DNA of 63,806 nucleotides, the filler included, from Blastocystis sp. subtype 4 (lineage: Eukaryota): the NCBI RefSeq assembly GCF_000743755.1. It is 3 parts of 3 records of this genome, joined end to end, with 100 filler letters (N's around TTAATTAATTAA, not from the genome) between each part and the next. Parts side by side here need not be neighbours in the genome. Positions count along the whole stretch, not along the records: positions 1 to 29,524 come from NW_014569362.1; 2 more parts are not named here. One strand, given 5' to 3'. Positions 11,001-23,589 of this stretch are shown one piece after another. Each line of letters opens with the position of its first letter. The first letter of the stretch is position 1. The notes under the pieces are model-generated. The model was not told the DNA's origin, ran no database searches, and was given only the letters and a program-made list of their open reading frames with translations. The translations under genes and the position numbers were made by a program.

Positions 11001-14000
11001 TGTATGTTAGCTCATCTCTCACTCTTACTTATCCACTTGTTTCATTGGGTTATGTTCAGTCCTCATTGGATTGTAAGTGATTTAAGTCTTCATCATCTAA
11101 TTCGTATTGCTAGATATTCAATTATCATTCATAAAAAGTCATTATGGGTACTATTACCAGAATGTATCATAGCTGAAATCATTCAATCATTATTGTTACT
11201 TGATCAGTGGAAACAGCAACTTATAAGTCAGTCAATCTTTGATAACAATGAATCTCTGAGTCAGTGGTATGTTAAACTCACTCCATATATACTTCCAGTT
11301 TACATCAATCAATTAGATACCCAGACCATTGTGGTACTTTGTAAAGCAATCGATTCAACTTCATCAATCTCTCAAACACTCTCTCTTGTATTTCAAGGTG
11401 CTCAGTGTATTTATAATGTTCTTGTTTATCTTCTTAAACATATGTCACAAGAGAATATCAAGTCATGGGAGCTTCTATTCTTTCTTCGATCATCATTCAC
11501 GGATCAAGCGATTGAACAAGGAATGATTGTTCCTCCTGAATCATCACGTGTTTCGATAAAGCAGATGATTCAACAGCAAGGACATCGAGTACTGTGGCCT
11601 CTTCTGTATGACTGTACAGATGTGAGTTCTCATGATCGAGAGATGAGTGAAACTGCTCTTCGTTCCTTATATGAGTAGTATTCATTGACTCCATTCATAA
11701 ATAGTTTGTACACTGCAGAAGGAACTAAAACACGTACTGATATCTTCATCAAATCATTTCATTATTTCAACTTTCAAATCAATCAAGCTCTGTCATTCAC
11801 AACTCTTGAACTTAAGCGTGCAATCTTTGCATTACGTCGTTCTCTAAAAGACTTCAAAGCAAGCACAGAAGGTCATTCAGTTGTTCTTCCTGATAACTTT
11901 ATCTGGGGTGTATTGAGTTTCATTAAAAATATACTGCAAGTGATCATATTCTGAATCATATGATGAATAGAGGCCTGAACTGCAATTGTATGCGTTGATC
12001 CTGTTAGATGTATTTCTTGATCTTCTCTCTGAATCTATGTTATTTCGTGTTCTCTCTGAAATCATTGTTTGTGTTGCTGCTTCATTTGAGAAGAGTAATT
12101 ATTGGCTTCAGAATCATTCATCCAATCATCTTCTATATCACACCACTGACATTACTCATCTTAAACAGAAGGCTGTTGATCGAGAAGCAGGAGATTTCAA
12201 GTCTCAACGATCTGGTACAATTGAGAGTTACTTCTCGCAACAAAATGAGAAACAACCCGTGATTCTTCGTATTTACGGGGATCTTCATCTAAAAGCAGAT
12301 CCAATTGTTCATCCTCCTCTTGGTTTATGTTGCTCAAAGCCACTTCATGAAGTATTAGGAAAGGATCCGTTATTCAGTTTTGATAGTAATGAACAGTCGA
12401 TTGAGAACGTGGATGCAAAGAGTTATCTTGCCAATACGACTGGGTATTTTGCTGATATGCTTCATCGAATACATACTTTGTATCCTCAATCAATGAAATC
12501 ATTACTTAAATCATATCCATATCTCTATCATCTTACTTTCGGAGATCTCTCTCTTGTATCAGTACTTCAACTTACACCTCCTCATTCTCTTGTAAATTTC
12601 TCGAGATCTGCTTCTGAGCTCGAAGCAGTGATGTTAACACTTGTTGCTACACCTGAGTTGTCCCTGGAGGTTATTCCTGCAGTTGGTTATCTGTCTCTGT
12701 TATTACGGGCTTCTCAGAAGACCTATCAGCAATGGATTGCAGATCAACCGTTCATTCCTGATTCTGTTCAACGTTGCTATTTGCATTGTGTCAAATTAGC
12801 CTCGTTTTTTGTCACTAGTGGAAATACATATGCTCAGTTACTCTTAAGTGAACTATTGGGATTACTTGGAGCTATAGCTTCGGAGCGTTTTCGTTCAGTA
12901 TCACGTGAAGACAGTGTTCAACCTCATCTCACAGAATTTGATTTGGCTCGTGTCATGGTCAAGCGATTCTTCGTGAAAGATTTGATGGGTCTCCCTCGAA
13001 GTGAGATCCAGAATCGAATTGCTTTTACTGTTCAAAGTCTCCTTCACTTCCTTAAAAAGCAAATGGATTTGAAGCCATTAGAAGCATTAACAACAGATCG
13101 TTCGCTGTTACGGGAAATGAAGACGAAGGAACAAGTCTCAGGAGAGAGTGTAACAAATGATGAATCGAATGAAGATTCATTCCCTCAGTCTCTTCAATCA
13201 TTATTCACTCAAGAAGAGTTAAGTGTGATTTCGCAATATTGGAGTACTGAATACACTCTTCGTACTGACAAACAACGAACTGAGCGTATGAAATGGTTTG
13301 ATGGAGTCAATTGTAACAGTTATGCTAGATGGGTTACTAAGTTGGCAATGAGACTACTTATTCTCTGTCCATCTGATAGTCAGTCTGATAGTGTCGATAA
13401 GTCATCTCATCATACTAACACCACACCTCAACTTACTCCATCTTCTTCTTTCAATCTATCTCAATCAGATCACCATATTTTCTATCTCTTCAAATCTCTA
13501 TTCTATCCATCTTGTGCTGATAAGGCTTCATATCTCCTTCCTTATCTCATCTTATTCTCATTACGTTATCATTACCAGAAGCAGCAATCTATTGACAATA
13601 ACCAAGATTCTTCTACACCTCGACTTTTCGTTCATTTTTCTGACATTCCATTTTTTCTCACTCTTTCGAAATATCTGAATAATGTTCTTATTCAATGTGA
13701 TATTCAGAGTGATAGTGAATATAAGCACTGTTGTACAGAGATATTGACTCTAATCAATACATTGAAGGCGTGGAGTCTACAGTATCAAACAGTAAGTGGA
13801 AGAATGAAGGATAAGGCTTGGTTAAGAGATCTACTAAATGGATTTTTATCATTGCTGGATATAACTCAAATCATTCGTGTAGCAAAGACATTAGGTCAGT
13901 ATGAATATGCTTTAAGGTGAGAATATACACATGACAATAAGTTTTAGAGAGAAAGAGATCCAGTTAACTGAAACACGAAGTACTGCGTTGGAGATACAAC

Positions 14001-17000
14001 ATCATATGACAACAGATTACAGCGCAGTGACTCACAGTGAATTGGATGAGTTGTTGATGATCTATTTCAAATTACAGAATATGCAAATGACGAGAGGAAT
14101 CGAAGTCTTGTTAGAACGATCTCATGATGAGAGATCCCTCTTTCAACAGGCTCGTGATCTTGAAATGAAATCACAGTGGGATATCGCAACAGAGCGTTAC
14201 AGGGAATTGGTTTTGTCATCTAAGGAAGACTCTCTGGATGTTACTGAAGAGGCTGCCAGTGCTTATTATCGTTGTCTTCAAGCAGGAGGATTGTGGGCAG
14301 ACATTCTTCACACACATTCCTGCTCAAATGCAACACTGAGTCAAAGCAGTCAGTTGTTATATTGGAAGATGGAAGCTAGTTGGAGGGCATGTGATTGGGA
14401 TTCATTACGACGGTTTGTTAGTGAATTGGAGTGGATCATGGTAAACCATCAGGAACAATGGAATCTTCATCTTAAGAGGGGTTTCAATGACCAAAATCGG
14501 TTCGAATTTGGTTATTATTTGAGTAAGATATTTCTGTCAATTGAAGAAGGAAAACAGAATCAGATTCAGGTAATCATATGAATTGCTTGATAGATATAGG
14601 ATTACGTAACAACAGCTCGTCTTTCACTTATCCATTCTCTTGCTTCGCATCCTCAGTCTTCAATTCAAATGATTTATCGTCCTCTGTTAGCTCTTCATAT
14701 TCTTCAAGACATTACGCTGTATCACTCAAGGGGAATCCAAGTTCGAGTAGGATTTGTACCATACTTCTGAAATAGGATGAGATTTCACTCCGTTTAGCCA
14801 ATTCAAGCCGTCGATTCCAGTTTCGAGAACTACTCTTAGCAGCACAGAGAACAGCTTTGGAAGCAGGAGGGAATAGGAAGGAGATTGGTGGTCAGTGGAT
14901 GCTGGTGATGATTGGAGATGGAGAGTCATGATTAGACAGCCCAGTTAGCCATTGAGAATGATGTGATTCCTGCAGCCTGGTCAGCTGTGTGTAAGGCAGA
15001 AGATGAAGGAATAGACTGTGAAGTGATTCGAGCACAGCTATATGACGTAGAAGGGTTTGTAACAAATGCAATCAATACGTTAACAGTGCGAGTAAGTGAA
15101 TGAGGATTGAATTGAGAATAGGAGAATGATTCTCGAGAGAAGCAAATCACTAAATTAGGAGAATACTGTGTGATCAAAAGACGAGTGGAGCCATATGATG
15201 TATCACTTCTTGAGTGAATAGTGATTATGTTATCATAATCACTAGAGATTACCAAAAGCTAATTGAGTTGAAGGGTGAAGATGCTGATATACAGTATCAT
15301 TGGGGTAAATTCTATGATGGTGTGTATGCTTCACAAACTGTTAAGTGATTCTTATTTTAATATGATTATTATAGAAATGATAATGATGTTAAAGAAGCCA
15401 TACGTCATTATGCTCTCTCTTTGTCATCAAGTGATCACTATTTGTATCATTCGCTAATTCGTCTAACTACACTCTGGTTTCGTCTTCTTCAGGATCATTC
15501 TACTGATCTCACTGAATGTATTCCTGAGCTTCGCTCTATTGCTTCATATCAGTGGTATGAAGTACTACAGCAGCTTCTCACTGTTGCTCAACACCCTTCA
15601 GATCTTCTCAGAGCCCAAGTTCGAAGTATTGTAGGCCGAGTACTGAGTATGTACACAGAGCAGGTTCTATGGCAGATCGTAGGAATGATGTCGAATGAGA
15701 ATTCTCCCAAGTATGCATTCATTGAGAAAGTGAGTGAAGTGAACAGGATTCATAATTAGATTCTCTTAATGAAGGATGCTCTTACGCCTGCAAAGAAGTC
15801 AGTGTTTGCTGATACGCTTAGAATCTGTCGTTCTTTAATTAGTCTTGCTTGTAGTGAGAAAGTGCTTCCTGAAGATTTAATGGTATGTTCAGTGATTCGG
15901 CTCATATCAAGACTATAAATCAACTTTTGAAAAAACGCCCTGTGATTCTTCCTCTTCAACGCTATCTTCATTCTGGTGTGAATTCTTTCACAATTCGAAG
16001 TGATGTGAGAGTGCTTTGAATCAAATGATAATTAGATGTTCATATGTCGATTGTCGACCAACATTGAAATCATTCCTTCAAAAGAAAAACCAAAGAAGAT
16101 TATATTTCGAGATGAACTGGGTGAGGAATATCTATTCCTATGCAAACAGGAACGAAAAGGGGACTTGAGAAAGGATCTTCGTGTGATGGAATATGTGAGT
16201 ATCCTCAATCATATTCTTGTTGAGGATCGAGAAGGTCAGGAGCATCATTTACAATTAACTACCTGGGTATGGTTGCCATGTATGTATGATCATTAGTGTG
16301 TCACAATTTTAAATGAAAAGACTGGATTGATTGAATGGGTTCGTAATACTGAACCCGTACTAAGAAAACTTGATTCGATTCGTCATATTCAGGGCCTGCG
16401 ATCATGCAATGCCATGTGTGTGGAGATGAAATCAGATTATTCTCGTATGCAAGCATTAATTGAGTCTGGAAAACGAGACGAAGCTCTCCAGCTCTACTTC
16501 AATGCAATCTTGCCACTCTCACCTCCACTACTTCGATTCTGGTTACTGAATGATTTCAAGGATCCTCGTTTGTGGCTTCAAGCTCGCACGCTCTATACAG
16601 AAACAACTGCTTTATGGTCTATTATGGGCTATATATCCTGAATGACAAAAATCAAGAGTTTTTTTAACAATACGTGATTGGCTTAGGTGATCGACACAGT
16701 GATAATATCTTGCTCCAGCGCAATGGAGCTGTTTCTCACATTGATTTTGACTGTATCTTTGAAAAAGGTACTGTTTTGCCAACTCCAGAAGTAGGCCTGA
16801 TTTTGATACTTTAGTGTAGCGAGTTCCATTCCGTCTGACTCCGAATATTATCGATGCTTTCGGTGTGAGTGGAGTCGAAGGAACATTCCGATGCACATGT
16901 GAGATTGCGATGCGATGCATGCGAGAAAACCGTGATCTGGTAATGAGTGTGTTGGAGAGTCTGCTGTACATATCCTTCATCATGGAAAAGCTGGTTCACC

Positions 17001-17297
17001 TTAATCCCAGGATCCTTTGATGGATTGGAAGATCTTCAATACGTCTGGTCAGGAGAATTCTGGGTCACTTGTCTTCTCTACAGTGTTGAAAGTGATGGAG
17101 AATCGACTCCGAGGAGTGTATGGTGAGATGATGATATCTCCTGGGAATCGACGGAGAGGGAAGCAGAAAGAGGATATGGTGAATGCAGGGAGACATACAG
17201 AATTATCTGTGCAAGGACAAGTGGATAATGTGATTAAAGATGCAACAGATGTATATAATCTTATGAGAATGTATTTAGGATGGATGCCATTCTTATA
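8053..17297 (+). CDS. ATR: ATR/Mec1-like PIKK kinase (HEAT-FAT-kinase-FATC), many exons
   Basis: Motifs [51 protein letters not shown] and the [16 protein letters not shown]. Inclusion of the 5' HEAT-like ORFs in one gene is inferred from short intron-like gaps. Confidence 0.85.
16633..16673 (+). other. U12-type AT-AC intron (41 nt)
   Basis: ATATCCTG...TTTTTAAC-AATAC; removal restores [12 protein letters not shown]. Confidence 0.9.
16970..17010 (+). other. U12-type AT-AG intron (41 nt)
   Basis: ATATCCTT...CACCTTAAT-CCCAG; removal restores LESLLY|DPLMDW. Confidence 0.85.
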
Positions 17298-17301
17298 TGT
17301 A

Positions 17302-17309
17302 TGTTTGTT
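17302..17309 (+). promoter_or_regulatory. TGTTTGTT downstream polyadenylation element (ATR)
   Basis: The motif lies exactly 4 nt after the partial codon TA that follows WMPFL. Confidence 0.85.
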
Positions 17310-17360
17310 AGAGATATTATGGAAATAGAGGCACGTGATTAGTAGAGTTCATTTCAATTC

Positions 17361-20270
17361 ATGGAACTGAGAGATTACAGTAGTTCTAGCAACTTTGTAA
17401 AATTACCTATATCTTCTTTGGGTCGATTGGAAAGGGGAGCATCTGTACTCAAAGAAAAGATCCTACTCATCGTTCTATCTACAATCCTTCTCCTTGTCTC
17501 CAGTTTATCAGCATCATTCTTTATTGTGGATACGATCATCACATCTCCTCCTTTCAACAGTGTTAAAAGCGTGTACAATGTAAATTATAAGGATTATTAC
17601 TATTTGTAGAGTTACATCCTGGAAATCCAGTTTCAGAGAGACAGCTATCAGAGTTGCATTCAGAAATCAATTGACGTTAGAATGCCAGAAGTGTTTTTGA
17701 TTGATAGAGATGCAATACGACACTCTCTACCCAGTATGAAGCGGAGGTGAACAGGTCCTTAGCAACAGAGATGGAAAATCGCATTTTCATCAACGAAATG
17801 GAATATCTTACGACTCAAATGAAAGAAATGTCGAAGAAGGATTTTGACCTGATGACTAGAATTAGTAATATTAGCATTATTCTCAATGAGAATTGGATTC
17901 TACAACGAGGAGTAGATGTATATTCCGATTCTTGTTCTTCAACGGATAAGGATTCGCTTGTTTCAGTATATCAAGGAAATAGAGACGAAGAATCCTTGTT
18001 GACTGTATGAATTGTCTACAAATCAACAATAGACTCTGGAGCAACATCAAAATGCGACGGTTTCTGCCATGGCTCAAGTTCTAAGCCAATTCAACGAACG
18101 CATGGAATATGATCAACAATATCTTCAAAGGATGTTCACATCTCTTGTGGATATGCGAATGCCATTCGTATCCAATTTGACTCTCTTTTTGGGAAATATC
18201 ACCTTTCCTTTGGAAGGTAGGAGGAATTGAACTAATTAAATCTAGTACTAAACACAAGTCAACTTGCTCGATGTATAACCATGGATTCGAGTTGTCAGTT
18301 GATCAATAGTATGTATAATCAATATATCAAGATTCTAAATGATTACGAGAATCAGAAACAAGTGATTCAACGTCAAATTCTGTACAGTTCAATGGATACT
18401 CTAATCATAGAACTACAAAATCGCGTGTTTCTGGATTTGTGAATTCTGTTGATGGAGTGATCGCGGAAGTCCAGGAATTGTACATTCGCATCTCGGAAGT
18501 CCGAGATCTTCTCGATTTCTATGGAATTAATCTTGGTATCTTACCGGAACTCTACATTCCTCCATTGATTCTCCCAGATATAGAATGGAATTGGGATCTA
18601 CCGAGTAATAAAGTAATAAATGATTTATCATTAGCTGCGGAAGAGATTTACCTGAAATTAGAGTCACATCGAGCTACTATGCAACTTGAATTCATTCAAA
18701 CAGTTAACGAAACAAAGAATGCAGTAGATCATGCAGTTCGTATCGTCACTGAGTATACAGACAGATTACCAACTATATTCGCAGATTACGATCCTCCCTT
18801 TGTGAACACATCACTCATTATGGAGGAATTCAGTCGTAATATCGATACATTCATTGATACGACTTGGACCACTATTGTCAATTCGTCAACAACAGTCACT
18901 CGTTTTCTGTATCTCATGAGTTATTCATCAATCATAGGAATGAAACCAAATACGAAGTGACCACATTTCTACCCATCATTCGTGATTCTATCTACTCATT
19001 CTTCTCTACATGGTCTCCAAGAGCATTTGTTGGTCTAGATATGGATATTTCGTCCATTCTCTCTCGATTTGAGATTATTCTGAGATTAGCTGTGTGGTGT
19101 GATATGATTCTTCGAATCTGTTCACTAGTTCGCACTATTATGCGTGTTCTTATGCGAGGGAAGTTGTCAACTCTTTCCATCCATGTTGGTGGAAATGAAG
19201 CCAAAACACAATATTGTCAAACTCTGATCTATTTGGTTGGAATCATTCTTCCTTATCTTATACCCATTCTCATTGCTGTCGTTGTTATGTAGTGGAGAAA
19301 AACAAGAATAACCAATAGAGTAATTGGAGTAATCACGGTTATTCTCGTTTATGTTCCACTACTTCAAGGATACATCACAGGTTGTGTGGAGACTTCCTCA
19401 GGAACCTTCCTAACACAGAATCTGTACTCTCTAGCTTATAATTATGTGACAATGCAAGGAGATAGTGCAGCCACAATTGTATTGTTGAGAGAATGAATGA
19501 ATTGAAGGGACGAGAGCGCTATCAACAGAAACGAAATGATTACTGTGCGAATATGGTGGCTTCAACAAGTCAGACATATCAAGACTTCGTTCAAACAGCC
19601 AGGGAATTGAGTCGTACTCTTGAGAATCTGAATACAACTCTCTTTCTCACAAATCAGTGTGTTGATTCAACCTATCTGCTGTCTCATCGATCTGAATACG
19701 AATCTCTCCTCAATCAGTATCACTCCCTTGAATTTTATCCTCGCGTACTTCAAAACTCCTCGTTCAATTGTGATTCTCTCAGTATTTGTGAAATCACTTG
19801 TACTCCCCCAAACAATCCCATTCTTCAGGAGTAGCAACAGATGGATAATTGAATGATAGTCGCTCCTATGCTGCTGGATGCAGTACTGAATGGTTTATTC
19901 ATAGTAACCTGGTTTCAAATGTTGTTGCACTCTGTATTTGGGTCTTTTTGAATATCTCTCGCTTCCTGTTTGTGGATGCTTACAGGAAGTCAAGACTTGC
20001 TTCGTTTCAATACCAGGATGTAAAGTGAATATTACTGATTCATTTGATAATAGAATTATCCTTCCTGCTACTACACAAGGAGAAGTGGTGATTGCATCTC
20101 CTCAGGACTTTCAAAAGAAGATCCGTCAATTAATAGAGAAGAAGCAGAGCCGTCAGAAAATGATCTCCACTATTGAGAATCTGTTGGCAGTTCTGCTTGT
20201 TGTATTCTGGGTTGTCGGTCTCATCTACATCAAGCCATTCATTTCTGGAATCCGAGATTATTCTGACTAA
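17361..20270 (+). CDS. Uncharacterised multi-pass membrane protein with two large Cys-containing, N-glycosylation-site-rich loops
   Basis: Consecutive same-strand ORFs are separated by ~30-nt introns and contain about five hydrophobic segments; TAA at 20270. Confidence 0.55.
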
Positions 20271-20375
20271 GTCTGTTCTTGCTTGTTGTGTTTCTTTGAT
20301 AATGATTCTATTGTCAGATTCCCGCGGGAGTTGACTCGAATCCAAAACAACAATTCTTCAGCGCTACAAGTTGAG

Positions 20376-22141
20376 ATGGATGACAAACGAAGGAAGATGC
20401 GCAAGAAGCGCATCGATAACATCAAAGAGTTTGTCACAACGGAACAAAGGTTGTTGGTACAGTTAGAGTAAATAAATTCGTAAATTCGTAACCTACAGAG
20501 CCATTGAACGTGTTTATATGATACCAATGAAAGACAAGTTTCCAATGCAGTGTGAACAACTATTTGACGGAATAGACTTAATCAAAGGGGCTTCCGAAGA
20601 GATTATCAGTTCACTAGTTTCAGGAACTGAAAAGGACAAGAAACCTGTAATTGGTGAGTTGACGGATGATAACTGTATGAAAGCGCGAATCGGTATATTT
20701 CTAAGGGATACATTGATCCGATTTGTCTCATGGTATATCAGTGACATCTTTTTCATCCTTAGTTACAAAGTATTCTTTCGTCATGCAGAGAAGTCCCTAT
20801 CATACCTAAATCAATTAAAAGAAAAGGATCCATTCTACAAATGGTTAGAAGACACACGATGGCATTCTTCCACAAATGTTTCTGAACAAATCTCATTAAT
20901 TGTACTATTTCAGCTAACGGCTAATTGATTAGGACTATCTAGATCGTGTTTTGAAACGTCCGGGACGTATTGACCTTCTCATCAAAACAATTCTCGATAA
21001 TACATTGGAAAGTGATCCAGACTATCCCGTGTTGACAGAACAGTATCCCAAACTTAAGAAGCTACTCCTCGATCTTGATCTTCTGATTGAATCACGTCAG
21101 AATGCGGAGTTGATGAATCTGTTGAGTAAGATCGATCCTCCAACGGAAATTTTGGCAGCTGCACGTCAATTCATCAAACAAGAAATCTTCATATGTTTGG
21201 TTGGTTCGCGAGATGGAGCACACGAGCAACGAATGCAGTTTGTGCTGTTTGATGATTTGCTGTTATATGGCGTACTTGAAGGAGGAATGTACAGATTACG
21301 AGGAAGGTTTTATTTGAGTATGTATGAATGAGTAATGATGATTATAGTTGATTCTACAGTGGAGTTGGAAGATGATGTGATCATCATGCAAGATGCTGAG
21401 AAGTGTATCTATTTCTTTGAATCTGAAGGAGGTAGTTATAATGGAAGTGTTGTATCGATGTGGTATAAGATGATTGAATCGAGTATTCGAAGTACAAAAA
21501 AACGACATCATATTTGTGATGTATGCAATGGGAACTGTGAGATTGTATCTGATGATGAAGTAATGACAAAAAATGGCACTAATACTGGTCGTGATTCAAC
21601 ACCTGCCAATATGGTAAGAGGTACGTTACAAGCTGTTTTGTGTCGAGGATGTGGAAGAGTCATCTGTTCAAACTGTATGATCGATATGGTTGCTGATCCT
21701 CGTGCAAATGCTGAAGATAAAACTGTGTTTTGTTTACATTGTCGTAATAATGAACGATTAGCATGGGAGAAGCCAATGAGTCAATATTGCATTGAATTGA
21801 ATTCAATGAATGAAAGATGGAAACATGTTGTTAGCAAACAAGGAGGAAAAGAATTCTATTATGATGCTGATAGCAAGGAAGTAAGTTGGATAAAACCTAA
21901 TGAAGATACGAAATTAAGCAAATCAAGTTACTGTTATCCACGAAATTCTCATTGGTTAACTTATGATACTCCTGATGGAAAAACTTACAGCTGGGGTGTA
22001 TCAAGTAATCAAATACAATGGAAACAAACTATGAATAGTACTACAGGCAGTAAGATGGATCGTTTTTGTCCTCATTGTGGTTTCTCTTCTAAATCTTGGT
22101 CTGTTACTTGTTCAAAGTGTGGATGTCGATGGAGTTTGTAA
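20376..22141 (+). CDS. RhoGEF (DH-PH) with FYVE-like zinc finger, WW-like domains and terminal zinc ribbon
   Basis: DH start IKEFVTTEQR; PH segment FVLFDDLLLY; zinc finger CRGCGRVICSNC; WW-like WKHVVSKQGGKEFYYDADSKEVSWIKP; terminal CPHC...CSKC. Confidence 0.75.
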
Positions 22142-22182
22142 TATGAATGTGTTTCTTTCAACAAGATGATGAAACGACTACA

Positions 22183-23464
22183 TTACTTTGCCATTGCTTC
22201 AAGCAAGATAGCAGCGAAGAAGAGATACAGAGCAGCTAGTTGAACTGTCCAGGTCTTACAATCAGCACCATTAAACTCACGGTAAACAAACACACCTAAC
22301 AGAGCCGATACCAAGAGAGTACCACGACTCAGAGCATATCCAATAGCAAAACCCAGTTGAGATCCAGCTGAAGCATATCCCCAGTTACCCAGAGCCAATA
22401 GGAACGCAGACCAAATTGCTACTGATCAAAGCATGTATTCAATCATACCAGGCCATCGCTGACGCCATGTTGCATGGAACCAATCTGAATAAGTACATTT
22501 AGCTCCCTTCAGAGGGTGACGCATGACAATACTAAAAGTGAGGAGAGATGGAAGAATCTACTAAGCAAATGGGAATACGGTAACAAATGAAGCGAAACTA
22601 ACAACTTGGAAAATACCCTAAATATTAGGAATACCCATTATTCGATACATAGGGAGAAAGAGGAATAGGAGTACGATTTCCCATAGCAGTACAAGGAGCA
22701 TAGAAGACATCACAGAGAGCAGCTGAAAGACCTAAGAGAATGAATGTACCAGTAGACAACTATGAATTAGAAACCACTAATAGAAATACTTTCTTCTCAG
22801 GTTCTTCAACAAGAGGAACTGTTACTTCTTCTGTTTCCTTCTTCTCAACCTCTTTCTTTTCATCATCCTTCTTCTCAGCTTCTCTCTTCTCCTGGCACTT
22901 TGCATTCATACTATATATCAGAATAACAAATTGAATTGACTTTGAAGCAATTGTATTCAAAACAACAGCAATAAACAAGATGGCGACACCGCTGAAAATG
23001 TACCACGCATCACCCTTGTCTTCCTCCATGAAATAAACAATAATAACACCTAGAAGCATCGAAGAACCAAAGAGAAGAGGAATGGCACTGGTAAGACCAT
23101 AACCATCAACTAAAACAAACATAATCAAGGTGAAACCCATGGTTGTTGCTCCAGCAACAAAAGGTCCACCAATCTTGTAAAGAGATTCCTTCCACTACAA
23201 TCAAAACAAGTCAGAAATTACTACTCCCTGACGGAATATCTCTACAATATTCTCAAATGTGTCTTCTCTCACATTTCCAAACCATTTAGCTCCCAGAGTC
23301 AAGCTAAAAACGGTATGGAAGATAAATACCCATGTAAAGAAGTCAATTGTGTATAGAGAAACGGGATACGTCAAGTACTTCACAGCAATCTTGTTCGTTC
23401 CCCACGTAATCATGGTAACGATAGCCAAAAGAAGAGAGACCCACTTCGAAGTAGAAACGAACAT
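22183..23464 (-). CDS. DMT-superfamily transporter (ureide permease/GlcU-like)
   Basis: About ten hydrophobic helices, with TMITWGT near the N-terminus and GFAIGYALS...LVSALLGVFVYREF near the C-terminus. Confidence 0.65.
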
Positions 23465-23589
23465 CTCAAACAAATGAACTAGTTGCGGATTAAATTGTAT
23501 TCCACCACACTTTGTGTATGTCGTTGCGCAAATAAGAGACTCTAAAAGAATAGTCTAGAATCTGCTTTTTCTCATCCTCTGTTGAGAAA

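Noticed and set aside
9828..16641. In-frame stops suggesting an alternative genetic code or pseudogenes
   Set aside because: The stops examined fall within short intron-like segments, and the standard code gives intact conserved motifs.
20321..20330. Recurring TTCCCGCGG-like motif (also near 9078, 54089, 54503, 56383)
   Set aside because: Most copies are in coding sequence, with no consistent position relative to gene starts.
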